From: Nannocystis bainbridge
Lineage (GTDB): Bacteria; Myxococcota_A; Polyangia; Nannocystales; Nannocystaceae
Length of the DNA: 64,000 nucleotides
Direction: 5' to 3'
Assembly (NCBI RefSeq): GCF_028368995.1
Contig: NZ_JAQNDL010000003.1
Span: 736,001-800,000 of the forward strand
Part shown: positions 9,344 through 20,100 of the stretch, in pieces
Layout: each line of letters starts with the position of its first letter
Numbering within the stretch: the first letter of the stretch is position 1
Program-made: the position numbers and the translations under genes
Notes under the pieces: model-generated
What the model was told of the DNA's origin: nothing
Database searches by the model: none
The model's input: the letters and a program-made list of their open reading frames with translations, nothing else

Positions 9344-10120
9344 TCAGGCGACCACGAAGGCGGCGAGGTCGGCGAGCGTCGCACCGGTGGCGTGCCCGGC
9401 CGCTGACAGGGCCTCGGGGGCGACGTCCAGGCGATTGAGCCAGAACGTCGGGAAGCCGAACCACGCGGCCCCGGCGGCGTCCCAGCCGCCGAACGCGGCG
9501 AATACGATCTGCTCGCGCGCGAGGCCGAGTGCGGCCGGCCCCAGCGCGTACGCCCGCGGGCTCGGCTTGAAGGTCCGAGCGCGGTGGGTGCTGATGTGCG
9601 CGTCGAACAGGTCGGCGAGCCCCGCGTGCTCGAGCAGCCGCGCGAGCATCGACGGCGAATAGTTGGCAAGCGGGGCCAGGCGCAGGCCGTCGCGCCGCCA
9701 CGCCTCGAGAGCGGCGCGGGTGTCGGGCCACGGCGTGAGCTCGGAATACGCGGCCACGAGCCGGCGCCGGTCGGCGGCGGACAGGCTCAAGCCGCGCGCG
9801 CCGGCGGCGTAGTCGAGGGCTTCGCCGGTGACGATCTCGAAGTCCTGGTACTGCCCGGCGGTGGCGCGCAGCCATGCATATTCGAACTGGCGGACGCGCC
9901 ATTCACGGCATAGATCGGCGGCCTCACCGGGAGCGACGGCCTCGGCGACCCACTCGACGCCACGCGGATCGAAGAGAGTGAACAGGTCGAAACAGATCCC
10001 ACGGATGGTGGCGCGCCCGCTCGGGGGCGGCTGTGGGCCGCTGGCGGCCGGTCTGGGCCTGCACGCGCCGAGCAGCCCGCCGGCGCCCGCGACCAACTGA
10101 AGGAATCGGCGGCGAGACAT
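9344..10120 (-). CDS. Haloacid dehalogenase type II (HAD) with Tat/lipoprotein signal
   Basis: MSRRRFLQL...LLGAC; FDLFTLFD, WRVRQFEYAWL, LTPWPD, FKPSPRAY, GGWDAAGAAWFG. Confidence 0.88.
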   Translation of the reverse strand: MSRRRFLQLVAGAGGLLGACRPRPAASGPQPPPSGRATIRGICFDLFTLFDPRGVEWVAEAVAPGEAADLCREWRVRQFEYAWLRATAGQYQDFEIVTGEALDYAAGARGLSLSAADRRRLVAAYSELTPWPDTRAALEAWRRDGLRLAPLANYSPSMLARLLEHAGLADLFDAHISTHRARTFKPSPRAYALGPAALGLAREQIVFAAFGGWDAAGAAWFGFPTFWLNRLDVAPEALSAAGHATGATLADLAAFVVA

Positions 10121-10178
10121 ACGACGAGGATCGCGGGTCCGGGCGCCGCTGTCGATTGGCGATCGGCGTACCGCGTCT

Positions 10179-10192
10179 ATGCATCTTTGTAT
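10179..10192. promoter_or_regulatory. Putative LysR-type operator
   Basis: ATGCATCTTTGTAT, near-palindrome ATGCA-N4-TG(T)AT between the HAD gene and a divergent LysR stub. Confidence 0.45.
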
Positions 10193-10214
10193 GGGCCGCG
10201 TATGCTGGCGCGCA

Positions 10215-10370
10215 GTGCTCGACTGGGACGACCTGCGCTTCTCCGCACCCCGCAAAGCACGGCCCGAAGCACCACGGCCCGCACCCGCACGACCCCGGCC
10301 CTGCCCGCCCCGGCCCGCGATAGAGGCGCGCGCCGCCTCCGCCCTGCAACTCCGGGCGACAGGTGCGAGC
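10215..10370 (+). pseudogene. Degenerate LysR-family regulator N-terminus
   Basis: GTG-LDWDDLRF start typical of LysR HTHs, then low-complexity Pro-rich sequence; no substrate-binding domain follows. Confidence 0.55.
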
Positions 10371-10412
10371 GCCGACGGCGACCACCGCAGCCGTCGCGGG
10401 CTCATTCGCCGC

Positions 10413-11354
10413 CTATTCGTCGACGAACTCGACGAGTTGGAGGTCCGCCGAGACGCGCGGCCACTTCGTGCTCACGCTTCGAGCGCTGCCGCTCGAGACG
10501 AGGATGCGCTCGAGGTAGACCTCGATGTCGACGCGACCGAAGTCGAGGTTGGCGAAGTAGTCGTCGACCGGCACGATGAAGAGCTCGCCCCTGGCCCGAT
10601 CCACACGGAGCGCCGTGCTGTGATAGGAGTGGAACGCGTCGAAGAGGAGCGTGTCGGCGTCGAAGTTGCCGCACGTCTCCGTCCAATCGGTGAAGAAGAC
10701 AGTCTCGATGTCGGGGATGCAGATGACCCCGACGAGGAACGGCGCCCCGTCGGTGGGCCGCGGCGCCTCGTGGATCGCCGCCCAGAAGTCGCCGCCTTCG
10801 TCGGCCGCCTCGTGCCAGGCGAGCGGCACGCGGCTCTCGACGGCGAGCGGCACCGTCGGGTCGTGGATGCCGTCGGCGAAGCCGCCGCGCGACGAGTGGA
10901 ACGCGAGCGACAGGCCGTTCATCTGCTGATAGAAGCTCCGCAAGGCCGCCGGGAGGGCGAACCCCAGCTTGGCCTCGACGCGCGCGAGCTGCTCGTCCGT
11001 CGCGCCGGGCGGCGTCGCCAGACGAAGGATGCGGAGCCCGTTCTCTCGCGCGCCGGCGAGGCTCGCCTCGAGCCGCGCGCGGTAGTCGACGAGCGGCGGG
11101 CCGAGCAGCTCGCGCACGTCGGCCTCGGCGACGACCCGTGCCCCGCGAGCGCGGGCTCGCTCGGCCATGTCCGACGACGCTTCTCGCACGACGACGAGGG
11201 TCTCCGCGTCGACGGGGACGGCGTCCGTCAGCCAGCTCTCGCTGACGAACGCTCCACGGCTCTCGAACAGATAACCGAGCTCGCGGGACGTACCGACGCT
11301 CGTGAGGCCAGGCTGCAGGATGACGTTGACATGGCGGAGGGGCTGGATGGTCAT
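10413..11354 (-). CDS. SMI1/KNR4 (SUKH) family protein with BRCT-like N-terminal domain
   Basis: GATDEQLARVEAKLGFALPAALRSFYQQMNGL is the SMI1/KNR4 signature; N-terminal GAFVSES...LVV...AERARARGARVVAEADVRELL resembles BRCT. Confidence 0.8.
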   Translation of the reverse strand: MTIQPLRHVNVILQPGLTSVGTSRELGYLFESRGAFVSESWLTDAVPVDAETLVVVREASSDMAERARARGARVVAEADVRELLGPPLVDYRARLEASLAGARENGLRILRLATPPGATDEQLARVEAKLGFALPAALRSFYQQMNGLSLAFHSSRGGFADGIHDPTVPLAVESRVPLAWHEAADEGGDFWAAIHEAPRPTDGAPFLVGVICIPDIETVFFTDWTETCGNFDADTLLFDAFHSYHSTALRVDRARGELFIVPVDDYFANLDFGRVDIEVYLERILVSSGSARSVSTKWPRVSADLQLVEFVDE

Positions 11355-11913
11355 GAGCGGTCTCGTTCTTCAGGTGGCCGGCGCGCGCCCGCCCCTCGTC
11401 GAGCGTGACGAGGGCTCGGCGGGCCTTCAGGTGACGCGCGGGCGCGCAACCATGACACCGGAGCGTGCGGGCGTGTAGAGGAGGGGTCGCAGGCGCGATT
11501 GGGATGAAAGACGAGGGCGGAGCGTCTTCGCATGCTCTCGCATCCATGCGATTCATCCTCGCGCGCATGCGAGGCTGAGATCGGCACGAGCGCCGCTGGT
11601 CTGCGCGACGCCGACGTCCGCGGTGCCGCAGGCGCGCCCCCGCACGCGATCAGGCTGGCGACGCGCTCCAGCGCGACCGGACCGAGCTCGCGGTCGTACG
11701 TCGCGCTGAGCCGTGCGGAGTCGAGGTCGAGCGGGACCCACCGCTGCGAAGTCCCTCGCGGACGCCATGAGACCCGCGCCTGATGAGCGGCACGAACCTG
11801 CCGGCGAGATGTGGAGGATCTGTGGAGGATCGTCGACATGCACGCGCGCGCGGCCTCCGGGTCGGCGATGACCCCACCGCTTCGTGATAGCGTCGGACCC
11901 GGAGGAGCAATTG

Positions 11914-13512
11914 ATGGCGCGACATCCCAACATCCTGCTTATCATGACCGACGAGGAGCGTTACCCGCCTTGCTACGAGAGCGACGCGCTGCGGGCATTC
12001 CGGCGTGAACAGCTCCCCGGCCAGGCGGCCCTGCGGGCCCGCGCCACCGAGTTCCACCGCCATTACGCGGCCTCCGTCGCCTGCGCGCCGAGCCGGGCCA
12101 GCCTGTTCACCGGCCATTACCCCACCCTCCACGGCGTCCGCGCCACCGACGGCGCCGCCAAGGCCGCCCGCGATCCCGACGTGTATTGGCTCGACCCGAA
12201 CACCGTCCCGACCATGGGTCATTACTTCCGCGCCGCCGGCTATCGCACCTACTACCGCGGCAAATGGCACGTCTCGCACGCCGACCTCGTCACCCCTGAC
12301 ACCCATGCATCGCTGGCGAGCAGCGACGACGGCGGCGTCCCGCTCGTCGAGACCACCGCCCTCTACGCCGCCAGCGAGCGGCTCGCCCCGCACGGCTTCT
12401 CCGGGTGGATCGGCCCCGACCCGCACGGCCCCGCGCAATCCAACTGCGGCCTCCTGCGCGACCCGCTGTTCGGCGACCAGATAGAGCAGACGTTCGACGC
12501 GCTCGAGGCCGGGGACGACGCCGCCCCGTGGCTCGCCGTGGCCTCCTTCGTCAACCCGCACGACATCGTCCTGTTCGGGCTGCTGTGGCGCTCGTGGGGC
12601 TACGACCTGTTCGACGACAGCGTGCCCGAGATCGACGCGCCGCCGACCCAGGACGAGTCGCTGCGGACCAAGCCGAGCTGTCAGGCCGACTTCATCGACA
12701 AGTACCGCAAGATCTTCATCGCCCAGCCGCAGACCGCGAATTATCGTCGGTTCTATTATTATTTGCACAAGCTCGTCGACGCCCAGGTAAACCGCGTGCT
12801 GCAGCGCCTGGCCGCCTCGCGCTTCGCCGATGACACCGTCATCGTCTACACCTCCGACCACGGCGACATGCTCGGCGCCCACGGCGGCATGCATCAGAAG
12901 TGGCACAACGTCTACGACGAGAGCTGGCGCGTCCCGCTGCTGGTCGCCGGGCCCGGCATCCCGGCCGGACGGCGCGTCGATCGCCCCACGTCGCACGTCG
13001 ACCTGCTGCCGACCCTGCTCGGCCTCGCCGGGCTCGACGCCGCCGCGCTGTCCGCCGACCTGGCGCGCACCCACAGCGAGGCGCTGCCGCTGCCCGGCCG
13101 CGACCTGTCGCCGCTGCTGCGCGGCGGCGCCGGCGAGGACGCGCCGATCTATCTCATGACCGAGGACGAAGTGTCCGAAGGCCTCGACCAGACCTCGACC
13201 GTCGGGCTCGCCTACGACGCCGTCGAGGAGCCGGCCAAGGTCGAAGCCGTGCTCACCCGCCTCGACCCCGACGGTCCGCTCTACAAGTACGCCCGCTACT
13301 ACGAGCAGTCACAGATCGGCGTAGACGGCCCGCCGCGGCGTCAGCGCGAGGAGTTCGAGCTCTACGACCTGGACGCCGATCCGACCGAGCTCGTCAACCT
13401 CGCGCACCGCAAACACGACGATCACCGCACCCGCGCGACGCAGGCGCGGCTGGCGGCGCTGCTCGACGAGGTCCGGGCGCAGAAGGCCCTGCACCCGCGC
13501 CGACGCGGCTAA
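11914..13512 (+). CDS. Sulfatase (formylglycine-dependent, Cys type)
   Basis: PNILLIMTD, CAPSRASLFTG (CxPxR), GKWH, NPHD, TSDHGDMLG; GGAGGAG RBS. Confidence 0.93.
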   Translation: MARHPNILLIMTDEERYPPCYESDALRAFRREQLPGQAALRARATEFHRHYAASVACAPSRASLFTGHYPTLHGVRATDGAAKAARDPDVYWLDPNTVPTMGHYFRAAGYRTYYRGKWHVSHADLVTPDTHASLASSDDGGVPLVETTALYAASERLAPHGFSGWIGPDPHGPAQSNCGLLRDPLFGDQIEQTFDALEAGDDAAPWLAVASFVNPHDIVLFGLLWRSWGYDLFDDSVPEIDAPPTQDESLRTKPSCQADFIDKYRKIFIAQPQTANYRRFYYYLHKLVDAQVNRVLQRLAASRFADDTVIVYTSDHGDMLGAHGGMHQKWHNVYDESWRVPLLVAGPGIPAGRRVDRPTSHVDLLPTLLGLAGLDAAALSADLARTHSEALPLPGRDLSPLLRGGAGEDAPIYLMTEDEVSEGLDQTSTVGLAYDAVEEPAKVEAVLTRLDPDGPLYKYARYYEQSQIGVDGPPRRQREEFELYDLDADPTELVNLAHRKHDDHRTRATQARLAALLDEVRAQKALHPRRRG

Positions 13513-14030
13513 GTGAACCACGCGAGCCGTTTCACGCGGCCCTCGGGGGTCCGGGAGACGACTCGCGTCTTTCGTCCCGCGCGCGCCCCGAGCAGCCGCC
13601 TTGCCCGCGGGATGGCGAGCGCGCGGCGCTCCTGTTCTCGCGCCGGCTGCGGACCCGCGCGACCTGGCGGCCTGGCGCTCACCGTGCATGCACTGCGACG
13701 GCGAGTGCGGACAGTCGAGGGCGCTTCAATGTTGCGCGCGCGTCGACCCGCGCCATGGTGACGGGACAGCGCCTGTCGCCACGACCTCTTTCATGTTCGC
13801 CACCGGTACCGAGGATAGTTGCCCGACGGTCGGCGGCCGCAGGGTCGACGAGACGGCGAAGCGCGGCATTACGACCTCTGGCGGCGCGGCTTTGATCTCG
13901 TGGACAAGTGGGAGCTCCGTGCCGTTCGCGCTCGTGGGCGGCGTGGCAGGCGCGCGGTGGACCGGCGGTGCGTTCGACGGAGCCGTGCCGTGAGCCCCGT
14001 GCCGTCATCCTCCGCGATCGGAGCGTCGCC

Positions 14031-15572
14031 ATGACGATTCCGATCGCGGAGCGAATCCAGTGCGACGCGCTGCGGCGCAAGCTGGTGCCGGTCGAGGAGG
14101 CCGTCCAGCACGTGCGCAGCGGCGATGTCCTCGCCGTCAGCGGGTTCACCAAGGCGGGTGAGCCCAAGGCGTTCTTGCCGGCCCTCGCCCGCCACCTCGC
14201 CACCCTCCCCGACGCGCGCATCAGCGTCTACAGCGGAGCCTCGCTGTCGGAGGAGGTCGAGGGTCCTCTCGCGCCGTTCATCGCCCGCCGCGGGCCCTAC
14301 ATGGCGAGCGCCGCGTCACGCCGGTTGATCCACGCCGGCAAGATGCAGTACGCCGACGCGCACCTGTCTCACTTCGCCCGCGGCCTGATGTACGGGTTCT
14401 ACGGCGACATCGATCTGGCGGTCGTCGAGGTCTCGCGGATCCGTCCGGACGGCAGCGTCGTTCTCTCCTCGTCGGTCGGCATCTCGGCGGAGGCGCTGGC
14501 GCGCGCCCGGGCCGTCATCCTCGAGGTCAATACGACGATCCCCGACTTTACCGGCATGCACGACATCGTGCTGCCGCCGGCGCCGCCGACCATCGGCTGG
14601 CCCGTGCCCGTCACCGGCGTGCGCGACCGCGTCGGTCTCCCCTACGTCCTGCTCGATATGGCCAAGGTGATCGCCGTCATCGAATCGTGCCAGCCCGACT
14701 TCCCGGTAGCGTTTCGGGCTGGCGGAGCCGCCTGCGACGCGATCGCCGACCACGTCCTCGCCTTCCTCGGCGAGTGCCGCGATCGCTTCGGCTGGCATCA
14801 CTGGGTCCCGCCGCTGCAATCGGGGGTGGGCAACATCGCCAATGCGGTGATCGCCGGGCTTGCCCGCTCGCCGTTCCAGCGCCTGCACTTCTGGACCGAG
14901 GTGTTTCAGGAGGGCCTCCTCGGGGTGGTCGCCGACCGCGACCGGTTCGCGGGTGCCTCGGCGTCGGCGATCTCGCTAGCCGACACGGCGCCGGCGCGCG
15001 TCGAGGCGCTCATGCGGGCGGCCCGAGGTGACCTCGTCCTGCGGCCGATGTGGATGTCCAACAACCCGGAGCTCATCGCCCGACTTCACGTCGTCGCCAT
15101 GAACACGCCGATCGAGGTCGACATCTATGGCCACGCCAATTCGACGCGCGTCGACGGCTCGCGGGTCGTCAACGGGCTCGGCGGGAGCGGCGATTTCTTC
15201 CGCAACGCCTACCTCAGCGTCGCCCACACGCCCTCGGTGCGGACCCTCCGCGACGGTCGCACGATCTCGTGCGTGTTGCCGTACGTGAGCCACGTCGACC
15301 ACACTGAGCACGACATCAAGTGCATCGTCACCGAGCACGGCTACGCGACCACCTTCGGCATCCGCTCGCCGCGGGCCCGCGCCGGCGAGATCATCGACCG
15401 CTGCGCTCACCCGCACTTCCGCCCGCTCCTCCACGAGTACGTGGCGATGGCAGGCGAAGGCGACGAACCGCGGCTGCTGGCGACGGACCGGCTCGAAGGG
15501 TGGTGGCGTGATTATGACGCGGCCTGCACCGCGTTCCCACGCGGACCCGGGTGCGCATCGCAAGGTGCTTGA
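14031..15572 (+). CDS. Acetyl-CoA hydrolase/CoA-transferase (succinate CoA-transferase-like)
   Basis: SGFTKAGEPK, DAHLSH, LQSGVGNIANAV, TEVFQE, EVDIYGHANST, NGLGGSGDF, SHVDHTEHD. Confidence 0.93.
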   Translation: MTIPIAERIQCDALRRKLVPVEEAVQHVRSGDVLAVSGFTKAGEPKAFLPALARHLATLPDARISVYSGASLSEEVEGPLAPFIARRGPYMASAASRRLIHAGKMQYADAHLSHFARGLMYGFYGDIDLAVVEVSRIRPDGSVVLSSSVGISAEALARARAVILEVNTTIPDFTGMHDIVLPPAPPTIGWPVPVTGVRDRVGLPYVLLDMAKVIAVIESCQPDFPVAFRAGGAACDAIADHVLAFLGECRDRFGWHHWVPPLQSGVGNIANAVIAGLARSPFQRLHFWTEVFQEGLLGVVADRDRFAGASASAISLADTAPARVEALMRAARGDLVLRPMWMSNNPELIARLHVVAMNTPIEVDIYGHANSTRVDGSRVVNGLGGSGDFFRNAYLSVAHTPSVRTLRDGRTISCVLPYVSHVDHTEHDIKCIVTEHGYATTFGIRSPRARAGEIIDRCAHPHFRPLLHEYVAMAGEGDEPRLLATDRLEGWWRDYDAACTAFPRGPGCASQGA

Positions 15573-15858
15573 CCGGCCCCGGCTTGGCTCGGCATCACCC
15601 GGCACGCGCCGCGGCGCCGATCGAGCTCGTGTTGGAGTGGCAGAGACGGCGCGGCCTGCGGCTGTTCTCGTCAGCGCACGCATCGCCGTCCGTCTGTATG
15701 ACAACCGCCAGCCGCCGCCGCGCATCCGTGACGCTCGAGGCAGGCCCCATACCTCCGTCGTTCGCACGTTCGCTTGACCGGATTGTACGTATAAGCTCTA
15801 GCTTCCGCGCCGACCCATGGAGCGCCAGGCGCGAATCGTCGGGTCGTGAACGAAGCCG

Positions 15859-16035
15859 ATGTCGCTGCTGTCTGCGCCGCTCACCGTCGCCCTGCTGGTC
15901 GCACCGACGCCCTCGTCTGCGAGTTGTCGGGGCCCGCTCGGTCGCGCGGCGGTGGTCGCCTGTGCGCTCGCCCAGCACCCGAGCAAGGCGCTCGAGCTGG
16001 CGCGCGTGGTCGGGCTGCTGCGGGAGAGTGTTTGA
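15859..16035 (+). pseudogene. Probable internally deleted TolC/CzcC outer-membrane factor (58-codon stub)
   Basis: MSLLSAPLTVALLVAPTPSSASCRGPLGRAAVVACALAQHPS joined in frame to KALELARVVGLLRESV*; sits at the czcC position, 2 bp before the adaptor ATG. Confidence 0.6.
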
Positions 16036-16037
16036 GC

Positions 16038-17183
16038 ATGCGGAGGTCGTCGCTGTTGGCGCTGTCGCTCGTCGGCTGTGGCGCGCGGCCGGTCGAGAGC
16101 GGCGGGCACGACGGAGCCAAGCCCCACGAGCTGCCGCGCCGCGTCGAGCTGTCGAAGCAGGTGATCGTGGAGGCGAACATCCAGACCGAGCCCGTGCAGC
16201 GCCGGGTGGTGGCGCCGGTGCTGCTCTCGGTGGGGAGAGTCGAGGCCGATCCGGGACGCACGGCGCAGGTGCCCGTCAAGGTCGGCGGGATCGTCGAACA
16301 GGTGCTGTTCCGCGAGGGCGACCTGGTGAAGCAGGGCCAGGTGATGGCGACGGTGCGCGCGCCGGCCCTCGGGAGCCTGCGTGCCGACCTGGCGTCGCTG
16401 CGGGCGCGGACGACCTCCGCGCGCTCGAACCTGCGACGGCTGCAGGCGCTGGCCCAGCGCAACATGACGTCGCTGCAGGAGCTGGCGGCCGCGCGCGCCG
16501 AGGCCACCGCCCTCGAGGCCGAGGCGGCGGCGGCGAAGGAGCGGCTGCAGGCGCTCGGGCTGAGGGCGAAGGGCGACCCGGTGGTGTTCCAGCTGCGCGC
16601 GCCGATCTCTGGCCACGTCCTGCAGCGCAACGTGGTGACCGGTCAGCCTGTGACGCCGGAGCAGACGCTGGCGACGATCGCCGACCTCGACCACGCATGG
16701 TTCATCGCCCGCCTGTTCGAGCACTTGCTGGCGAAGGTCCGCGTTGGCGCGGCGGTCGAGGTCGAGCTCAACGCGTATCCCGACCACCCCCTTCACGGGA
16801 CGCTCGATTATATCGCGCCCAGGGTCGACGCCGAGGCGCAGACGGTGGTCGCACGCGTCCCGCTCGACAACCGTGAGGACCTCCTGCGCATCGGCCTGTT
16901 CGGCAAGGCGAGGATCGTCGTGACGGACCACGGAGCCTCGCCCGAGCCTCGCCTCGCGGTCCCGCGCGACGCGATCGTCGACGTCGCCGGCATGACGATG
17001 GTGTTCGTGCGCGCCGAGGACGGAGCGTTCGAGCCGCATGAAGTGGTTCTCGGGACGGCGGGCGAGGGGGTCGTGGAGATCCTGCGAGGCCTACGCGAGG
17101 GCGAGTCGGCGGTGACGCACGGGGCGTGGACACTCAAGAGCGTGCTGCTCAAGAGCACCTTCGGTGAGGAGCCCGGGCACTAG
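16038..17183 (+). CDS. czcB: RND efflux periplasmic adaptor (CzcB/CusB family), lipoprotein
   Basis: Lipobox LVGC, lipoyl-like GDLVKQGQVM, LRAPISG, LLRIGLFG, VPRDAIV, ends EEPGH. Confidence 0.88.
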   Translation: MRRSSLLALSLVGCGARPVESGGHDGAKPHELPRRVELSKQVIVEANIQTEPVQRRVVAPVLLSVGRVEADPGRTAQVPVKVGGIVEQVLFREGDLVKQGQVMATVRAPALGSLRADLASLRARTTSARSNLRRLQALAQRNMTSLQELAAARAEATALEAEAAAAKERLQALGLRAKGDPVVFQLRAPISGHVLQRNVVTGQPVTPEQTLATIADLDHAWFIARLFEHLLAKVRVGAAVEVELNAYPDHPLHGTLDYIAPRVDAEAQTVVARVPLDNREDLLRIGLFGKARIVVTDHGASPEPRLAVPRDAIVDVAGMTMVFVRAEDGAFEPHEVVLGTAGEGVVEILRGLREGESAVTHGAWTLKSVLLKSTFGEEPGH

Positions 17184-17185
17184 GC

Positions 17186-20100
17186 ATGCATGCGCTGACC
17201 GCGATCGTCGGATGGTCGCTGCGCAACCGGGCGCTGGTGCTGGCGGCAACGCTGCTGTTCGTCGCCGCCGGCGCACGAGCGGCGTTGCAGCTGCCGATCG
17301 ACGCGGTGCCTGATGCCACCAACATCCAGGTGCAGGTGATCACCACCGCGCCGGCGTTGTCGCCGGTCGAGGTCGAGCAGTATATCAGCGTTCCAGTCGA
17401 GCGGGCGATGTCCGGCTTGCCGCGGGTGACGCAGATCCGCTCGCTCTCGAAGTACGGGCTCAGCGTGGTGACGGTGGTGTTCGACGACGAGATCGACATC
17501 TACTTCGCGCGCCAGCTGGTCAACGAGCGCATGCGTGAGGCGAGCGACGCGGTGCCCGCGGCCTACGGACGGCCGGAGATGGGGCCCATCTCGACCGGGC
17601 TGGGCGAGATTTACCAGTTCACGCTGCGCAGCGAGACGCATTCGTTGATGGAGCTGGAGGAGCTGCTGCACTGGTACATCGGGCCCCAGCTGCGGACGGT
17701 GCCGGGCGTGGTCGAGCTCAACAGCTTCGGCGGCGAGAACCGAGAGTACCAGGTGGTGCTGCACCCGGAGCGGCTACAGGCGATGCGCCTGTCGATCGAT
17801 CAGGTCGCCGAGGCGCTCGGGCGCTCCAACGCGAACGCCGGCGGCGGGTACGTCGAGCGCAATGGCGAGCAGGTGGTGATCGGCTCGAACGGCCTGGTCC
17901 GCCGCCGCGAAGACCTCGAGCGCGTGGTTCTCGGTTCGACACCACAAGGGACGCCCATCACGGTGAGCGAGGTCGGCGAGGTCCGCTTCGGGCCCAAGCT
18001 TCGGCGCGGTGCGGCCACCCAGGACGGCGAGGGCGAGGTCGTGGTCGCTGTGACGCTGATGCTGATGGGCGAGAACTCGCGCACCGTCACGCGGGGCATC
18101 AAAGAGAAGCTGGCCGCGTTGGCGCCGTCCCTGCCCGAGGGCATGCGCATCGAGCCGTTCTACGACCGCACTCGGCTGGTAGAACGCACGATCCACACCG
18201 TCGCCACCAATCTCGCCGAAGGCGCCGCGCTGGTGCTGCTCCTGTTGTTCCTCGTGCTTGGCGATCTACGGGCGGGCCTGGTGGTGGCGACGACGATCCC
18301 GCTGGCGATGTTGTTCGCCGTCATCGTGATGAACTCGGCGGGGCTGTCGGGCAACTTGATGAGTCTCGGCGCGATCGACTTCGGCCTCATCGTCGACGGC
18401 GCAGTGATCGTGGTCGAGAACGCGGCCCGCAGGCTCGGCGAGGCGAGCCGCCGCGCCGGGGCGCACCTGTCCGAGGAGCAGAGGATCGCGGTGATCCAGG
18501 AGTCGACGGTCGAGGTACGCGGAGCCGCGGTGTTCGGCGAGATGATCATCGCCATCGTCTACCTGCCGATCCTCGCCCTCACCGGCATGGAGGGGAAGCT
18601 GTTCCACCCGATGGCGTACACGGTGCTGCTGGCGCTGGCAGGCGCGTTTATCTTCTCGCTGACGCTGGTGCCGGTTCTGACGAGCTACCTCGTGAGACCG
18701 CCGCCCGACGCGCGCGAGACGCTCCTGCTCCGCGCGGTTCACCGGGTGTACACGCCGATGCTGCACGCGGTGTTGCGGCGGCGCCGGCTGACCATCACCG
18801 TGGGGGTGCTGGTGTTGGTAGCCGGGGCGGCGCTGTTTGGCCGCCTGGGCGCGCAGTTCGTGCCGCAGCTCGACGAGGGCGACCTGCTGCTCGAGGCGCG
18901 GCGACTGCCTGGGACGGCGCTGTCGACGTCGGTGACGACGAATGGCCGGATCGAGCGCGCGCTGCGGGAGATCCCGGAGATCGTCCACGTGGTCTCTCGG
19001 ACAGGCTCGCCGCAGATCGCCACCGATCCGATGGGAGTCGAGTCGTCCGACGTGTACGTGCAGCTCAAGGAGCGCGACGCCTGGCGGCCGGGACTGACGA
19101 AGGACGATATTGCCGCCCAGATGTCGGCGCTGGTCGAGATGGCGGTGCCGGAGGTCTCGGGGGCGATCACGCAGCCGATCCAGATGCGCACCAATGAATT
19201 GGTGGCAGGCATCCGGTCGGATGCAGGGGTCGTGATCTATGGGCCCGACCTCGCCGCGCTGCGAACGCTGGGCGAGTCGGTGCTGGATAGAGTGAAGGGG
19301 GTGACAGGGGTCGTAGACGCCCGAGTCGAGCAACTGCAGGGGTTGCAGTACCTGCGCATCGACCCCGACCGCAACAGGCTCGCTCGCTACGGGCTGACAA
19401 TCGCCGACATCAGCCTCGCCACGGAGGCGATCGCGGTCGGGCACAAGGTCGGCGAGGTGCTGGAGGGCGAGCGCAGGTTCGACATCATGGTGAAGTTCGA
19501 GTGTCCCATCACCGGCGACCTCGATACTCTGTCGGCGCTCCCGTTGCGCGGGAACCAGGGACAGCTCGTGCCGCTCGGAGACGTGGCGAGCCTGCAGCAC
19601 CTGACGGGGCCGGTGCTGGTCAATCGCGACCAACAGTCGCGACGGGTGATCGTCGAGTTCAACGTCCGCGGGCGCGACCTGGTGTCGACGGTGGAAGCGG
19701 TACAGGCGGCGCTCGCAGGCGGACTCACGCTGCCGGTCGGCTACCGCCTCGGGTACGGCGGGTCGTTCGAACAGTATATCGCCGCCCGCAATCGCCTGGC
19801 GATGGTGGTACCGCTGGCATTGGCGCTGATCCTGTTCATGTTATGGACCGCGCTGAGGTCGATCCGCTCGGCCGCGATTATCTTCCTCGGGGTGCCGTTC
19901 GCGGTGGTCGGCGGGGTGATCGCCCTGTGGTTGCGCGATCTGCCGTTCTCGATCTCCGCCGGGGTCGGCTTCATCGCCCTGTTCGGCGTCGCCGTCCTCA
20001 ACGGCCTCGTGCTGGTGACCTTCGCCCAGCGTCTGCAGGCTGACGGCGCCAACCGGGTCGCGGCGATCGCCCAGGCCGCGGAACTGCGGCTGCGCCCGGT

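Noticed and set aside
11351-11839. 162-aa ORF overlapping the SMI1/KNR4 start as a cognate toxin
   Set aside because: No toxin motif and weak coding signal; the 4-bp overlap alone is insufficient support.
11914-13512. Sulfatase as the substrate of the radical SAM enzyme at the window end
   Set aside because: They are 50 kb apart and the rSAM lacks the full Cys set of anaerobic sulfatase maturases.
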